Positions 32,111 through 42,976 of a stretch of 64,000 nt of DNA are shown piece after piece. Every line of letters starts with the position of its first letter. The stretch's first letter is position 1. Where the stretch lies: assembly GCA_963575745.1 (NCBI GenBank), contig CAUYUJ010000234.1:1-64000 (forward strand), read 5' to 3'. The notes below the pieces were generated by a model that saw only the letters and a list, made by a program, of their open reading frames with translations, did no database searches and was not told where the DNA came from. The stretch comes from Prorocentrum cordatum (Eukaryota). Made by a program: the position numbers and the translations under genes.

Positions 32111-33295
32111 CCAAGTGTGATGATTTCTTTTGATTGTTTCTCGCATGGCGTGGCCACGCGGCATGGCCCTGCCGACAAAGCCGCATGGCAATGCCGCGCG
32201 GTTGAATAGACCATGGTATATCCATCATATGGGCGGCGGGCCTGCGCCAAAGCGCCTGGGGGGGGGGGGGCGTGCTTGTCGTCTGTTTTGCGCGCTCAGC
32301 GCTGATCTCTTTGCAGCGAGCGAATAGGTCCTTGCGCGCATGCGCAAAAAAAAGATACGATGAGCCGCGCGAGGGGGGCATGCACACGGGCCGATGCGTG
32401 GACGGGCGGGCGCCCCGGTTGGAAGGCGTCGCCGCGACGCCCCGCCACCCCTCCTTGCGTGTATATATATATATATATATATATAAAGCACCAACTAGCT
32501 TGCTCTCGCGCGTACCCAAGTGGGAGGGAGGCGACGCCGCCGAAAGGCAAAGCGAAGACGAAGCCTGGGGCGCAGAATTAAACAAAAAGGTGCGCAGTCA
32601 GCAAGAGCAAGAGAAGAGGAAACATAACGCCGAACATCACCAGGCTCAGGCCACGCAGGGGGGGGGGGGGGGCCCTGTAATTTCGCCGCGCCTGCATGGG
32701 GGAATCATATTGGCAGCGCTCCCTTGCGTGTGTGCTTGTATGTATATATATATATATATATATGGATACGCACTGCCCTCCTCAAGAGATAGGGGAGGGG
32801 GCGCCTGAAGAAAGAAGCGCCCGACATCTGGAGACAGTACAAGAAGGGCACCCACAACCAGAAACAAAAGCGGGCACGCGCGTGGGACGAGACGGGCTCC
32901 TTCGACCACATTCGCACGAAGAAGGTGGAGGCCCAACAGAAGGAAGAGTGGAAAAACGAGACCTCATCGTGGTTCTCCTGTTCGAAAATAAACCCTTTCT
33001 CGCCCCTAGCCAGCCGACTCGTCAGGGGGCGTGGGCGGAAACACCACAGAGAACAATTCCGCTCACGACATCTGAAAAGACTGCCGATGCATCCATATAT
33101 ATATATATATATGGACGGCGGCACCCTATCGGGCGATACCGATATGAGGCCGCCGAACGTCGACATCCCGAGGTCCCGTTACATCTGAAGAGGTATGTAG
33201 CATCTTGGGCGTTTTGTGGAACACTATGTGATTACATTCGCACAAGCACAGCTCCATAACGCTTTGCGTATAGCATGTCATCATTTTTATCTTTG

Positions 33296-34180
33296 GCCGA
33301 CCGGAGACCAGAGACCAGAGATTCGGGAAGACTCATCTCCGGTCGACCGGAGACCGGAGACCAGAGATTCCTGGGACTCATCTCCGGTCGACCGGAGACC
33401 GGAGACCAGAGATCTCCCAGGACTCATCTCCGGTCGACCGGAGACCGGAGACCAGAGATTCCTGGAGACTCATCTCTGGTCGACCGGAGACCGGAGACTG
33501 GAGATTCCTAGAGACTCATCTCCGGTCGACCGGAGATGAGTCCTGGGAGATCTCTGGTCTCTGGTCTCCGGTCGACCGGAGATGAGTCTCCAGGAATCTC
33601 TGGTCTCCGGTCTCCGGTCGACCAGAGAAAAGTCTTCAGGAATCTCTGGTCTCCTGTTGACTGGAGATCAGCCGCTCCATAATCTCTGATCTCCGGTCTC
33701 TGGTCGACTTCATTCGTCATGCAGGGCTCAAGCGAACAGTCGGTCACAGACGAGACCTGCGCGGCTACTATGCTTTTGTCTACCGGAGACCAGAGATTCC
33801 TGGAGACTCATCTCCGGTCGACCGGAGACCGGAGACCAGAGATTCCTGGAGACTCATCTCTGGTCGACCGGAGATGAATCCTGGGAGATCTCCGGTCTCC
33901 GGTCTCCGGTCGACCGGAGATGAGTCTCCAGGAATCTCCGGTCTCCGGTCTCCGGTCGACCGGAGATGAGTCTCCTGGAATCTCTGGTCTCCGGTCTCTG
34001 GTCGACCAGAGATATGTATTCAGGAATCTCTGGTCTCCGGTCTCCGGTTGACTGTAGATCAGCCACTCCAGAATCTCTGCGCATGGTCTCCGGTTTCTGG
34101 TTGATTTCATTCGTCATGCAGGGCTCAAGCGGACAGTCGGTCACAGACAAGACCCGCGCGGCTACTATGCCTTTGTCTGC
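33296..34180. repeat. Arrays of a ~46-bp unit with palindromic core TCTCCGGTCGACCGGAGA, arranged as two fold-backs
   Basis: Unit GAGACTCATCTCCGGTCGACCGGAGACCGGAGACCAGAGATTCCTG. Orientation flips at a perfect 30-bp palindrome (33513-33542) and again near 33865. A non-array block is duplicated at about 33711-33775 and 34108-34172. Confidence 0.92.
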
Positions 34181-34429
34181 GGACGAACGCCTCGCCGAAC
34201 TGCGCCGCCCAGATGATGGCGAGTCTCGTCTCGTCACCCTGACGGCTGCCCAGTGTTCGCGCCTGAGTTGGCAACGTGCATCGGATCTTCCCCGATCGGG
34301 AAATGGTCGATCTGGCACTTCGGAGTGCGATCCCAATCGTGTTTTAAGTGTCGCTATCTGGCATTCGTTCCTCCTGGGCCCCCTCTCGATCTGATCATCC
34401 GTCCCCCGCGGTCACATCGCCTGGAGGCG

Positions 34430-36919
34430 ATGGCGTTTGCGATCAATGCTGTCGGCCGTCGCTCAGCCGACCAAGGCAGGACGGTGAACCCTGAGGACGT
34501 GGAGGCCGCTCTCGACATGCCAGACTTCCTTTTCCGCCCAGTCGACCAAGTCGCCCACATGCTGAACCTGATCGACGTGGTGATGGCATGGTCGGGCAAC
34601 ATCGATGAGGAGACGGTCAAGGCGGCCGTGGAGAGCAGAGGGGCGCAGGCAATGGAGAACGTGCCAGATGTGCTGAAGATTCCAGCAGGAGCGCCTGCGA
34701 GCGTGAAGGCGCAGTTCGTTGTTCAGCGGGCTGGCGTTGGGCGGTGCAACGTGTTGCGCCACTTCATTTTCAAGCACGGCACCAGCCTAAAGCGCGCAGA
34801 CACGCGCCTGTACACCATGGGCCAGTCGGCGACGTTCCCTGCGGCCGAGGACTCCAACACTTGGGGCCAGCGGAAGAATTTCAATGCGATGCTCGACCGC
34901 TTGCCAGGATTCCAAGTGCGCCATTTCAGTGTGACCCGCAAGGAGCCCAGAGATCAGCAGGGGAAGGGCTGGGACCCCACGCCAGAAGAGATCCGCGACG
35001 GCTTCGCGTACATCCGCGAGCACTACCACGAGATTGCTGGTTCAAGCGCGATCGAAGCGCAGGAGTGGGTGCTTCTGCAGACTAAAATCCGATCGAGCGC
35101 TTGCTTTGGGTGGCCAACCAGCCAGATCGAGAAGGCGTTGGTGAACATGGACAAGGCATCAGCTTCGGCCGACGTAGACATATTCTTCCCGCTGACGTCG
35201 TACGACCTGCACCCTGTCATCCAGGAGCTTCTGCTGCCGTTGATCTACGCTTTCGCCCCGCTCTCTGGTACCATGGTGCTCGGCGCTCCCGGAGTGGGGA
35301 AGACTCCCTTGTGCCAGATTGCAGCCATGGCGTGGGGGCGGTACGTGACGCGGAGCAAAGGCATCGACAAGAAGCCTGGCTTCCGGCGGGGCAAACAGAT
35401 GGACGTCTTTCGGGATAAGGCAACGCCCGTGTATGAAGGCATCTTGCTCGACGACCCCTCTCTGGATCGCATTGACATCGAGGACCTCAAGGCCTTCGGT
35501 ACAGTCCACACAGCGGGTCATTGTGACGCTCGGTATACTCCCCCTAAGTGGGCCAAGGGCCAGTTCCACGCGCTTCTCAGCAACTGCTGGTCGGAAGATG
35601 CTGAGCCGCCAGACTCGGCGGAATTCTCCATCGACCCCCAGCTGTTCATGAGGATGCTCGAGAAGCCTTTCGGCTACCTCAGCCAGTCGCACAGGCTCGC
35701 CCTCACTAAGCGGTTCGTGCTCGTTGTGGTCGGCAGGCGCGCGTTGTACGTGCGAGCGCCTAGCTCCGATGACGCCGCCCAGATCTTTAAGTTCACTCAG
35801 GGCAACGTGGCCTCTGACTTTCTGTTGCCAGACCACAAGGACGCCCTCGCTGGCTTCTACCAGGGCATGGATCACGAGGACTGCGTGCACCCAGATTATG
35901 CGCTGCACGTCGAAAACGAATACAGTCTCGTATGCGAGGTGCAGGAGGCGGTGCGGCAGAAGACCGCAGAGGAGATCGCCTCGTGGTGGGCGAACCGCAC
36001 GGCCGATCGTCTATCGTCAGCCAGTGGCGCACCACCTGCGCCATCCATCCACCATGTCCCTGCGACTGCTGGTACGCAGGCATCCGACGCTGGCGGCGTG
36101 CGCGTGCGAGCGGATGCTGACGGCCAGTATCGCTTCCGCCTGCCAGCCGCGGGATCGCTGGCACCGCCAGGCGGATCGCGCCGCGCTTTCCGATACCCTC
36201 TCTCCGCGAAGCGTGAGCGCGAGGAGTTGGATCGGACCGACGCGCCTGGCGGCCCGAGGCCGAGGAGGGGCCTTGGCAGCGCCGCCGAGGGCGCTGCGCG
36301 GGCCAGCGCCAACGGCGCCAGATCGGCGTCGGGCGCGGGGGCGACGCCGCATGGCCTAAAGGAAGAGTTCAGCAGCCCCCCTGCGGCCCCCGCCGTGGAT
36401 AGCATTGGCGGCGCTGTGATCGACGTATTGTCCAGCGGAGAGGAGGGCGACGCTCCGCCCGCGCCGCTTGCTCGCTACCCGCGGGGAGCACGCCTGTGCG
36501 ACAGATCGTTTGGCTGCATCGTGTCGATGCAGTTCCGCCCCGAGAACGTGCGGCGCTACCCAGACTGCTGCATCCTGGATGCCCTGAACGCCATCGGCGT
36601 TCCCGTGCCTTACGATCACGCCGGCCCCTACACTTTGGATGAGGCAAAATCCCTGCTCAACCCGTTCGGTCTGTCGTTGCTCCGCTCGCATCCCAGATCG
36701 GCCAGAGGTTCTCAGGCAGGACGCTACATCATCGTTTACAGCATCGCACCCAATCGTCCTGGGCACGCTGTGGGTGGCATTGTATCCAAGGGCCGCGTGC
36801 ATTTCTTCGACGGTTTGCGAGAGCAGGTCCGTGCGGGCCATTCCGCCTGGCACCGGCTGCCCGACGGCACTCCCTCGTGGATCTGTGATTGGTATCAGGT
36901 GGTCTGCTGCGTCGCATGA
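34430..36919 (+). CDS. SF3 (CRESS Rep-like) helicase fused to a C-terminal papain-like cysteine peptidase domain, 829 aa
   Basis: Walker A GAPGVGKT (35282-35305), Walker B ILLDD (35441-35455), DARY followed by motif C LLSN, and a KRF arginine finger. The C-terminus has CCILDALNAI...GHAVG...HFFDG (Cys-His-Asp order). Intronless open frame. Confidence 0.8.
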   Translation: MAFAINAVGRRSADQGRTVNPEDVEAALDMPDFLFRPVDQVAHMLNLIDVVMAWSGNIDEETVKAAVESRGAQAMENVPDVLKIPAGAPASVKAQFVVQRAGVGRCNVLRHFIFKHGTSLKRADTRLYTMGQSATFPAAEDSNTWGQRKNFNAMLDRLPGFQVRHFSVTRKEPRDQQGKGWDPTPEEIRDGFAYIREHYHEIAGSSAIEAQEWVLLQTKIRSSACFGWPTSQIEKALVNMDKASASADVDIFFPLTSYDLHPVIQELLLPLIYAFAPLSGTMVLGAPGVGKTPLCQIAAMAWGRYVTRSKGIDKKPGFRRGKQMDVFRDKATPVYEGILLDDPSLDRIDIEDLKAFGTVHTAGHCDARYTPPKWAKGQFHALLSNCWSEDAEPPDSAEFSIDPQLFMRMLEKPFGYLSQSHRLALTKRFVLVVVGRRALYVRAPSSDDAAQIFKFTQGNVASDFLLPDHKDALAGFYQGMDHEDCVHPDYALHVENEYSLVCEVQEAVRQKTAEEIASWWANRTADRLSSASGAPPAPSIHHVPATAGTQASDAGGVRVRADADGQYRFRLPAAGSLAPPGGSRRAFRYPLSAKREREELDRTDAPGGPRPRRGLGSAAEGAARASANGARSASGAGATPHGLKEEFSSPPAAPAVDSIGGAVIDVLSSGEEGDAPPAPLARYPRGARLCDRSFGCIVSMQFRPENVRRYPDCCILDALNAIGVPVPYDHAGPYTLDEAKSLLNPFGLSLLRSHPRSARGSQAGRYIIVYSIAPNRPGHAVGGIVSKGRVHFFDGLREQVRAGHSAWHRLPDGTPSWICDWYQVVCCVA

Positions 36920-37498
36920 CCGCGATATTTTTTTTGCGCGATTGCCCGTTTCGCAGATGCGGTAGTTTGGCGTCGAGTGCAGAATGGGCGCCGATGCTGT
37001 GCTGATGTGAGTTTCCGTTGCTGCGCAGGCTCGTGGCGCGCGTGCAGGGCGCCGAGCACGCGCCCGAGGCAGAGGAGGGTCGGCGCGGCTTGTTTCGTCT
37101 TCTTTGTTGAAAGTCAGTTCGCATGGTAGTGGCCAAAATTGATTGAGCGCGCAGTCTTTGGCAGGGGAAATGCCCGCTGAACGGGGCGCGGCGCATTTCA
37201 TTTGAAGACTTCGCTGCGCTTTCCGCTGCGACGACGTGCAATCCATCATGGGTCCGATTGTCGCGGCAGCGGCGCGCCGCGTTTCATCCGTCACTTCTGG
37301 GCGCAGCCATGGCCGCTGCAGCGCGGGCGCTCTTCTGCGCAGGCCCCTTCGCCCGTGCGCAGCGCGCGGGGGGCGCGCCCCGCCCTTGCGGCCTCGTTTG
37401 GATTGCGTGAAGGAGTGGATGTGAAAATACACGTTGCATGTGTCTTTGGGTCGCACTTTTGTTGGCCAGTCTCATGCATCGACGTTGCTGGGTTGATA

Positions 37499-37520
37499 TC
37501 CGTAGGTATTTTTGCTCAAG
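37499..37520 (+). other. Relict dinoflagellate spliced leader upstream of the transposase
   Basis: TCCGTAGGTATTTTTGCTCAAG matches TCCGTAGCCATTTTGGCTCAAG at 19/22 positions and ends 21 nt before the ATG. Confidence 0.8.
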
Positions 37521-37541
37521 AAGAGATACCCGTTCTTTGAG

Positions 37542-38768
37542 ATGGGCAAATTTGTGCCGAAACGCGGTAGACTTCGCAATGGTCGCAGCGTCATGAAGAC
37601 TTTGAAGCTCATCAAAAAGCCTGCGGCGCAACCGCGCTCGCGGCAGAGTGCTCGAGCGCGCGCCACTTACACGCAGTCCGCGGCCGCGGAGATCAAAGGA
37701 GATCCACGCGATCGAAAAGTCAGTAAGAATTTGGTTGACCTGGCTCGCATGACGGAAGCAGAGATTTGGAATTTCATGCTCAAGGTTGATTTCGCGAAAG
37801 ATTTGCATGGGGAACGCTGTCCAGTGTGTAAGAATGGATATCTGGGTGCCAAGCAATTTCGATCTGATGGGAGTAAGCCGTTCCACCGCTGCTCGTCTTA
37901 TAAATGCCAGCACCGTGAGTTCCCATGGGGGCAATGTCCGCTTTTACACCATGGGCGACGTTCAGCTCCTCTCCAGCAGCAGCTCATGAACTTACTGTGC
38001 CTGTCCACGACGAACTCAGTGACTAGCACCATCCATTTGACGGGGCATGCGCGCAGGTCTGTCATACACACGCACGGGTTACTACAGAATGCTCGTAAGT
38101 TGTACGTGCAGCGGAAGGAGAAGACCATGACTTTTGGCAGTGACAAAAGAGTGCCAGCAGCGAAGTGGCACGACATCGAAGTAGACGAGGCCTCTTTCGG
38201 CAAGATGCTACTCCGACCTCCACGCAGCGCGTCTGACCACTGCCTCGCATGGGAGAACTGGATCGGTATTCTGCGCCGTGGTCACCCAGGTTCTCTCATG
38301 CTCATTCGTTCGAAAAACACGCCCACCCTGGCGAGATCGCCAGGTCCAGGACCGATCACGAAGGACCAGTGGAAATGCATAGCAAAGAAGCACTTGCAGA
38401 ACCGATGTGTCGTTATACACACAGATTCAGCACGAGCATACCGTGAAACCAATATTCCGGGAACGGTGCGGGACCAAGTCGTACACCAGAAGAAACGAGT
38501 TTTTAACAACAAGACTAAGCGGTTCACGTGGACGAAGCCTAAATACGTGGGCACTGTGCAGCACAGCGTCGATGGCAAACGATTTTGGCGCAAGTCTGGA
38601 ACTCAGACAGTTGATAGCTGCTGGAGATTCCTGAAGTCTCGCATTCACAAGAATCAATGTATGAAACCAGGCTCGCGCGCCTTTACGGTGGCAGTCAAGT
38701 CTGCACAGTACGAATATTGGACGAGAGGCATGGACCCTTGGGAGGCAATGTCTTTGCTGCTCAAATGA
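37542..38768 (+). CDS. IS1595/ISXO2-like (Merlin superfamily) transposase, 408 aa
   Basis: Zinc ribbon CPVC...RCSSYKC; catalytic motifs IEVDEASF, IHTDSARAY, VVH and GTQTVDSCWRFLK (third acidic residue is D rather than E). Confidence 0.9.
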   Translation: MGKFVPKRGRLRNGRSVMKTLKLIKKPAAQPRSRQSARARATYTQSAAAEIKGDPRDRKVSKNLVDLARMTEAEIWNFMLKVDFAKDLHGERCPVCKNGYLGAKQFRSDGSKPFHRCSSYKCQHREFPWGQCPLLHHGRRSAPLQQQLMNLLCLSTTNSVTSTIHLTGHARRSVIHTHGLLQNARKLYVQRKEKTMTFGSDKRVPAAKWHDIEVDEASFGKMLLRPPRSASDHCLAWENWIGILRRGHPGSLMLIRSKNTPTLARSPGPGPITKDQWKCIAKKHLQNRCVVIHTDSARAYRETNIPGTVRDQVVHQKKRVFNNKTKRFTWTKPKYVGTVQHSVDGKRFWRKSGTQTVDSCWRFLKSRIHKNQCMKPGSRAFTVAVKSAQYEYWTRGMDPWEAMSLLLK

Positions 38769-39260
38769 CAACTGTCGGCCGCGCATCTCTTGTCTCATCA
38801 TCATTCGAGCTGTTGGCTCGTGCAGGAGCCGAGCGGCCAGATTTGTTCAATGCTAGTGCGCGTGCAGACCTTCGCACTCAGATAGGCCTGAGACACTCCT
38901 CACGTGATCGCTTAATCGCTAGATGTTGCTGCGTCGCTGTTGGCTCATGCAGGAGCCAATCTGTCGAGCGCTTTAACGCTGTGCCGTATACAGTTGAACG
39001 CCACAGTTTGCGATCATCGGAACACTGCTTGATGTGAGCTAACATAAATTTATGATCACTCGAGTGTTTTAACGCTTTTGCGTATACAGTTAAACGCAAC
39101 AGCACGCGGCCATCGAAGCATTGATTATTTTGAGCCAGCAAAATGACTGATTGAAGTATGTGAGCATCCCCGGACCAGTTAAGATATCCTTGAGAAAGCT
39201 CCTAAAGAGGCCCCGGGGAGGGGGGGGTCAGGGGGGGAAAATGGCGCCGGGGCCGAGGCG

Positions 39261-39297
39261 GGAACCACATTTAGACTAATATTCTAAATGTGGTTCC
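39261..39297. other. Perfect 15-bp stem / 7-nt loop DNA hairpin
   Basis: GGAACCACATTTAGA-CTAATAT-TCTAAATGTGGTTCC. Confidence 0.9.
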
Positions 39298-39679
39298 AGC
39301 CCCATCCTCCGCACGGGTCCTGGATGGCCAACTGCGGTCCAAGGCACATTCGCAGACGCCCCAAACAGCTTCTGATAATTGCAAAAATGCAAACAAAATG
39401 GCGCAAAACGGCCTTCAATGTTTCCAAAATGCATGCCCCAGTGGGAAAAACACAATTGAAAAAAACGTTCCCGCATGCTTTTCCAATCTTATGTGTAAAA
39501 ACACGATATGCGGAAGGATTCGGACCAAGCGGAAGCCCGAAAACAAGGCCAACGTTGCACCGGGAACCGAATTTTGGAAGAATCAAGCACATTCAGATGG
39601 AAGAAGCAGATATGATAAAAACATCTCCCGGGATTGTTTCCGAATCCTATGTAAAAACAAGATGCGAAGGAGGGCCGAA

Positions 39680-40096
39680 TAGGAGGAGCAGGAGCATGAG
39701 GAGGAGGAGCAGGAGGAGGAGAAGGAGGAGGAGGAGAAGGAGGAAGAGGAGGAGGAGGAGGAGGAGAAGGAGGAGGAGGAGGAGGAGGAGGAGGAAGAGG
39801 ATGAGGAGGAGGAGGAGGAGGAGGATGGAAGAGGGACCTTCGTAAACAGGTCTAGGGTGAGAAACGGCGCTGGATTGATTCCACCCGCCTCCCCAGAGAG
39901 CCGACGTTCCAAACAAATTGGAACGGCAAGAGTTGGGTTCTTTACTTTCGTCCTCCTCCTCGCCCTCCTCGTCGTCCTCCTCCTCCTCCTGCACCACTAT
40001 GGGCCTCTTTGGGCCGTCGTGCCCAAACGGGTCCGTCGCTCCCTCGGCAGTGTGCGCTGGACCCTCCTTCCGTGGATTGCTTGCCTTGCCTCCTCC

Positions 40097-40131
<35 letters not shown>

Positions 40132-40150
40132 CTCCTCCTCCTCCTCCTAC
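39680..40150. repeat. (GAG)n and (CTC)n trinucleotide tracts
   Basis: Directly visible at about 39680-39830, 39950-39990 and 40088-40148. Confidence 0.9.
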
Positions 40151-41710
40151 TGGAGGCCTTCACCAGGCCTCGGAAGCATAAAAACCGATTCAGGACGAAA
40201 AGCTGTTCCCAGAGAAATCCTCGAAATGTGCAGATCCAGGGTGAGAAGCGGCGTTGGATTGAACTCACCCGCATAACTCAGAGGAGGCAGGGTGACACGA
40301 GGGTTGCTTTTTCGGCCTTCGAGGACCCTCGTCGCGTCTGAACGTGGCTCGGAAAACGGATGCGTTTGAACCCTGGGAGGGGTCCGGGAACCGATTTTGA
40401 ACCGAGTTCGGGCATCATTGTCTCACCGCCGTTATCTCACGTTGCCTTCTCTGAGTAACTGGTGCACCTGATCGGAACCACAACCATCACCGCAGCGCCA
40501 GTTGGGTTGATTGAGCCCCGACCGAGTAGAATGAGGAGGAGAGCTTGTGGCATTTTGCCTCGGCCGACACTTTGCCAGGGTTGTGGGTCACCGGCGTCTT
40601 CGATTTAACTGGGATACTCTTGAAAGTCTCATCGGCGACAGTGTATTTTCACGTGCTACCTTGGGCTAATCTTGATGTATTGTTGTCGCTTTCTCCGATC
40701 GTCTTCGAGCTCCGAGTTTCGTCTTGGAACTCTCGTAAACAAAGTTTGAGCTTCCTTGGATGCCCCAGTGGGCGTTTGAGTACTTGTTCAGCGTGTTTGC
40801 CAAATCCCTTGTCACACATGTTATTTTCCTAGTCGTAGTGATGCAGCTGATTATTTGTTATCTTCGATTCGTGTATCGTCCGAGCAACTTGGGCTCATTA
40901 GTAATATTGTCCCACGTTGCTGTTGTACCGAGCGCAGCTTCAGAACAATGCCAGAACATAAGAAAGACTTTCTTCAATTGTTGCGGGATGGAACCCCCAG
41001 CGAACGAACAGACGCAGTTGGTGTAGCTACAAAGCGGCTGCTAAATATGACGTTCAATGGCGTATTGAATGATGCGAACGGTGTGTATATCATATTCTTG
41101 ACGCTTCGCGCAACCCCACCAGCCCATCCAACACCAGGCGCTCGAACGAAGAACGCCGATGATCGGCAGCTGTTCTCCTCCCCCTTTTCCTCCTACTCCA
41201 CCGCCTTGTCGTCCTTTTCCTCTCCTCCTCCTCCTTCTCCCTCTCCTCCTTTTCCTCCTCCCTCTTCTCCTCCTCCTCTTCCTCCTCCTCCTTCCCTTCC
41301 CTTCCTCCTCCTCTTCCTCTTCTCCCGCTTCTTCCTCCTCCCTTGTGGCTTCTTGGAGGTATATTGGAACGTTTTGGCGGACTCTTGGGCCTTGCGGGCA
41401 GGCGGCCGGCGTTCCGCCCGCTCGCGCGCAGGCCAAGAGGAGAGTCCAAGACGTCTGTTGAAACCCTCTTGGAGGACATCGATCACAGAACGGGGGGCTT
41501 AAATTAGCAACGCCTTCCTTGGGGCCGCGATCCTCGTGAGGCCTGTCGAATTTTAGCTCTCCCAGGGGTCGATCTTGGACACTCTGACCGCTCGCGAACG
41601 CTCCTGTTCAGGTCAGTGGGAAGGAGTAGGGGGACGGATGCCCCTCCCCGAAAGGGAAGAAGGAGGGGCGGAAGAGGAAACGCCCTTTGCCAACGACGCC
41701 CAGAGGGCTG

Positions 41711-42976
41711 ATGGGATTTCAATTGCTACTTCGCCATCTCAATTTTGATACATGGTCACCGCTCCGAGTGTTCGCCACGCTCATGGCAGTGTATGTCGTC
41801 AAAAGGTGCACTGGGCGAAAGATTATCGATCGCTTTGCATACAAGCCAGGAGTGGCGACATTTTCGTTCACACTGCCGCTGTATTTCCGCATTGTTACTG
41901 CTGTCAACCCCTACAACAACGATGACCGAAACAGTATATCCAAGGTGATGGATTTGTTGCGCCTGCATCCAGTGTGGAAGGATGGGGATTCCAATGACAT
42001 TCTGCTAGCTGACCCTTTTTTCCAAAAGTTGCGCAATTGGTATATCCCACACGCTACAAGGGCAATGACCACAGAATCAGCAACTTATATTTTCGATCAG
42101 AAGTATGCGCGCGCGTTGCTTCTTACACTTTTAGTGGTTTTGTCGGTCAGGGCAGATCGTTTTCTGACATACTTGGTTGCGAATCCTGCATTCCTTTTGT
42201 TCGACGAAGAATGCTTGCCGCTGCTCTACAGGGGCGTTGTATTAGGAAAATCGTTGTACCTTGGGTTGCGAGATAATTCAGTCGCCGCGAGATGTTGCGC
42301 CACCACAGAGCAGAAACTTTGGAGAATCGGAGATCTAGTTGATTCGATCCTTGTTCCATGCTGGGAATGTCCTGAAAAGACCCTCGACCCGATTCTGAAT
42401 GCAACTTCGGTGGCTGATCTCGCAAAGGCTCTCATGGGCATCAACAAGACAAAAGGTAAGCTTGTGTTCAGTCATTCGATAGAATACTTGTTCTTACTGC
42501 ACGAGCAAGCATGCAAGGCGAAACGGGCGTCAGTTTTTAAATTCGCCCTCGATATGCAAGCACTCGACGACCACATTCTCTTGGGAACGAATGGAGAAAT
42601 ATTCGAAGAATGGATCAACGCGCACCCCGCCGGGAACCGAGCTGCCACTAGCGCGCGAAAGCGTTCCACGGTCCACGACCTGGCTGCTGCGGTGAATGAG
42701 ATGCTCCCGCTGTCCATCCACTACACTGACGGATCTGTCACCTACACTCAGCATTTCGGCGCGACATCTGCCCAGCAGACATCGTGCAAGATGGTGCAAG
42801 TTGCCCAGACGTATATCACGGGCAATACGGGCGGCAAGGACAGGGATCCAAACGGCAACGCAGCAGGTAAGAAACGGAAGCGAGGAGAAGTTGTGTCTTT
42901 GAAGCACGACGAGCCCGCCAGCAATTTGCGCCGCGTGCGCAAGAAAGCGCCCAGGCTGTCCTTCGTGCGGGCCTGA
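41711..42976 (+). CDS. Uncharacterised ~420-aa protein with basic C-terminal NLS-like tail; possible divergent aGPT-Pplase1/ADDT (5hmU-DNA modification, HhH fold) homolog; possible upstream exon 40948-41080
   Basis: Long, non-repetitive open frame in lower-GC DNA with KKRKR near the end. The motif order resembles the family. A GT donor at 41081 and an AG acceptor at 41704-41705 would join the upstream exon in frame. The CDS is likely; the function is tentative. Confidence 0.65.
   Translation: MGFQLLLRHLNFDTWSPLRVFATLMAVYVVKRCTGRKIIDRFAYKPGVATFSFTLPLYFRIVTAVNPYNNDDRNSISKVMDLLRLHPVWKDGDSNDILLADPFFQKLRNWYIPHATRAMTTESATYIFDQKYARALLLTLLVVLSVRADRFLTYLVANPAFLLFDEECLPLLYRGVVLGKSLYLGLRDNSVAARCCATTEQKLWRIGDLVDSILVPCWECPEKTLDPILNATSVADLAKALMGINKTKGKLVFSHSIEYLFLLHEQACKAKRASVFKFALDMQALDDHILLGTNGEIFEEWINAHPAGNRAATSARKRSTVHDLAAAVNEMLPLSIHYTDGSVTYTQHFGATSAQQTSCKMVQVAQTYITGNTGGKDRDPNGNAAGKKRKRGEVVSLKHDEPASNLRRVRKKAPRLSFVRA

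Noticed and set aside
31075..32209. Long Phe/Trp/His-rich ORFs
   Set aside because: They are translations of the CATGGTTT satellite, which is also not the TTTAGGG telomere repeat.
33723..33731. GGCTCAAG here and at about 34122 as SL relics upstream of the helicase
   Set aside because: Only the last 8 nt of the leader match.
33296..34100. Palindromic repeat array as a CRISPR
   Set aside because: There are no unique spacers, the orientation flips, no cas genes are present and the context is eukaryotic.
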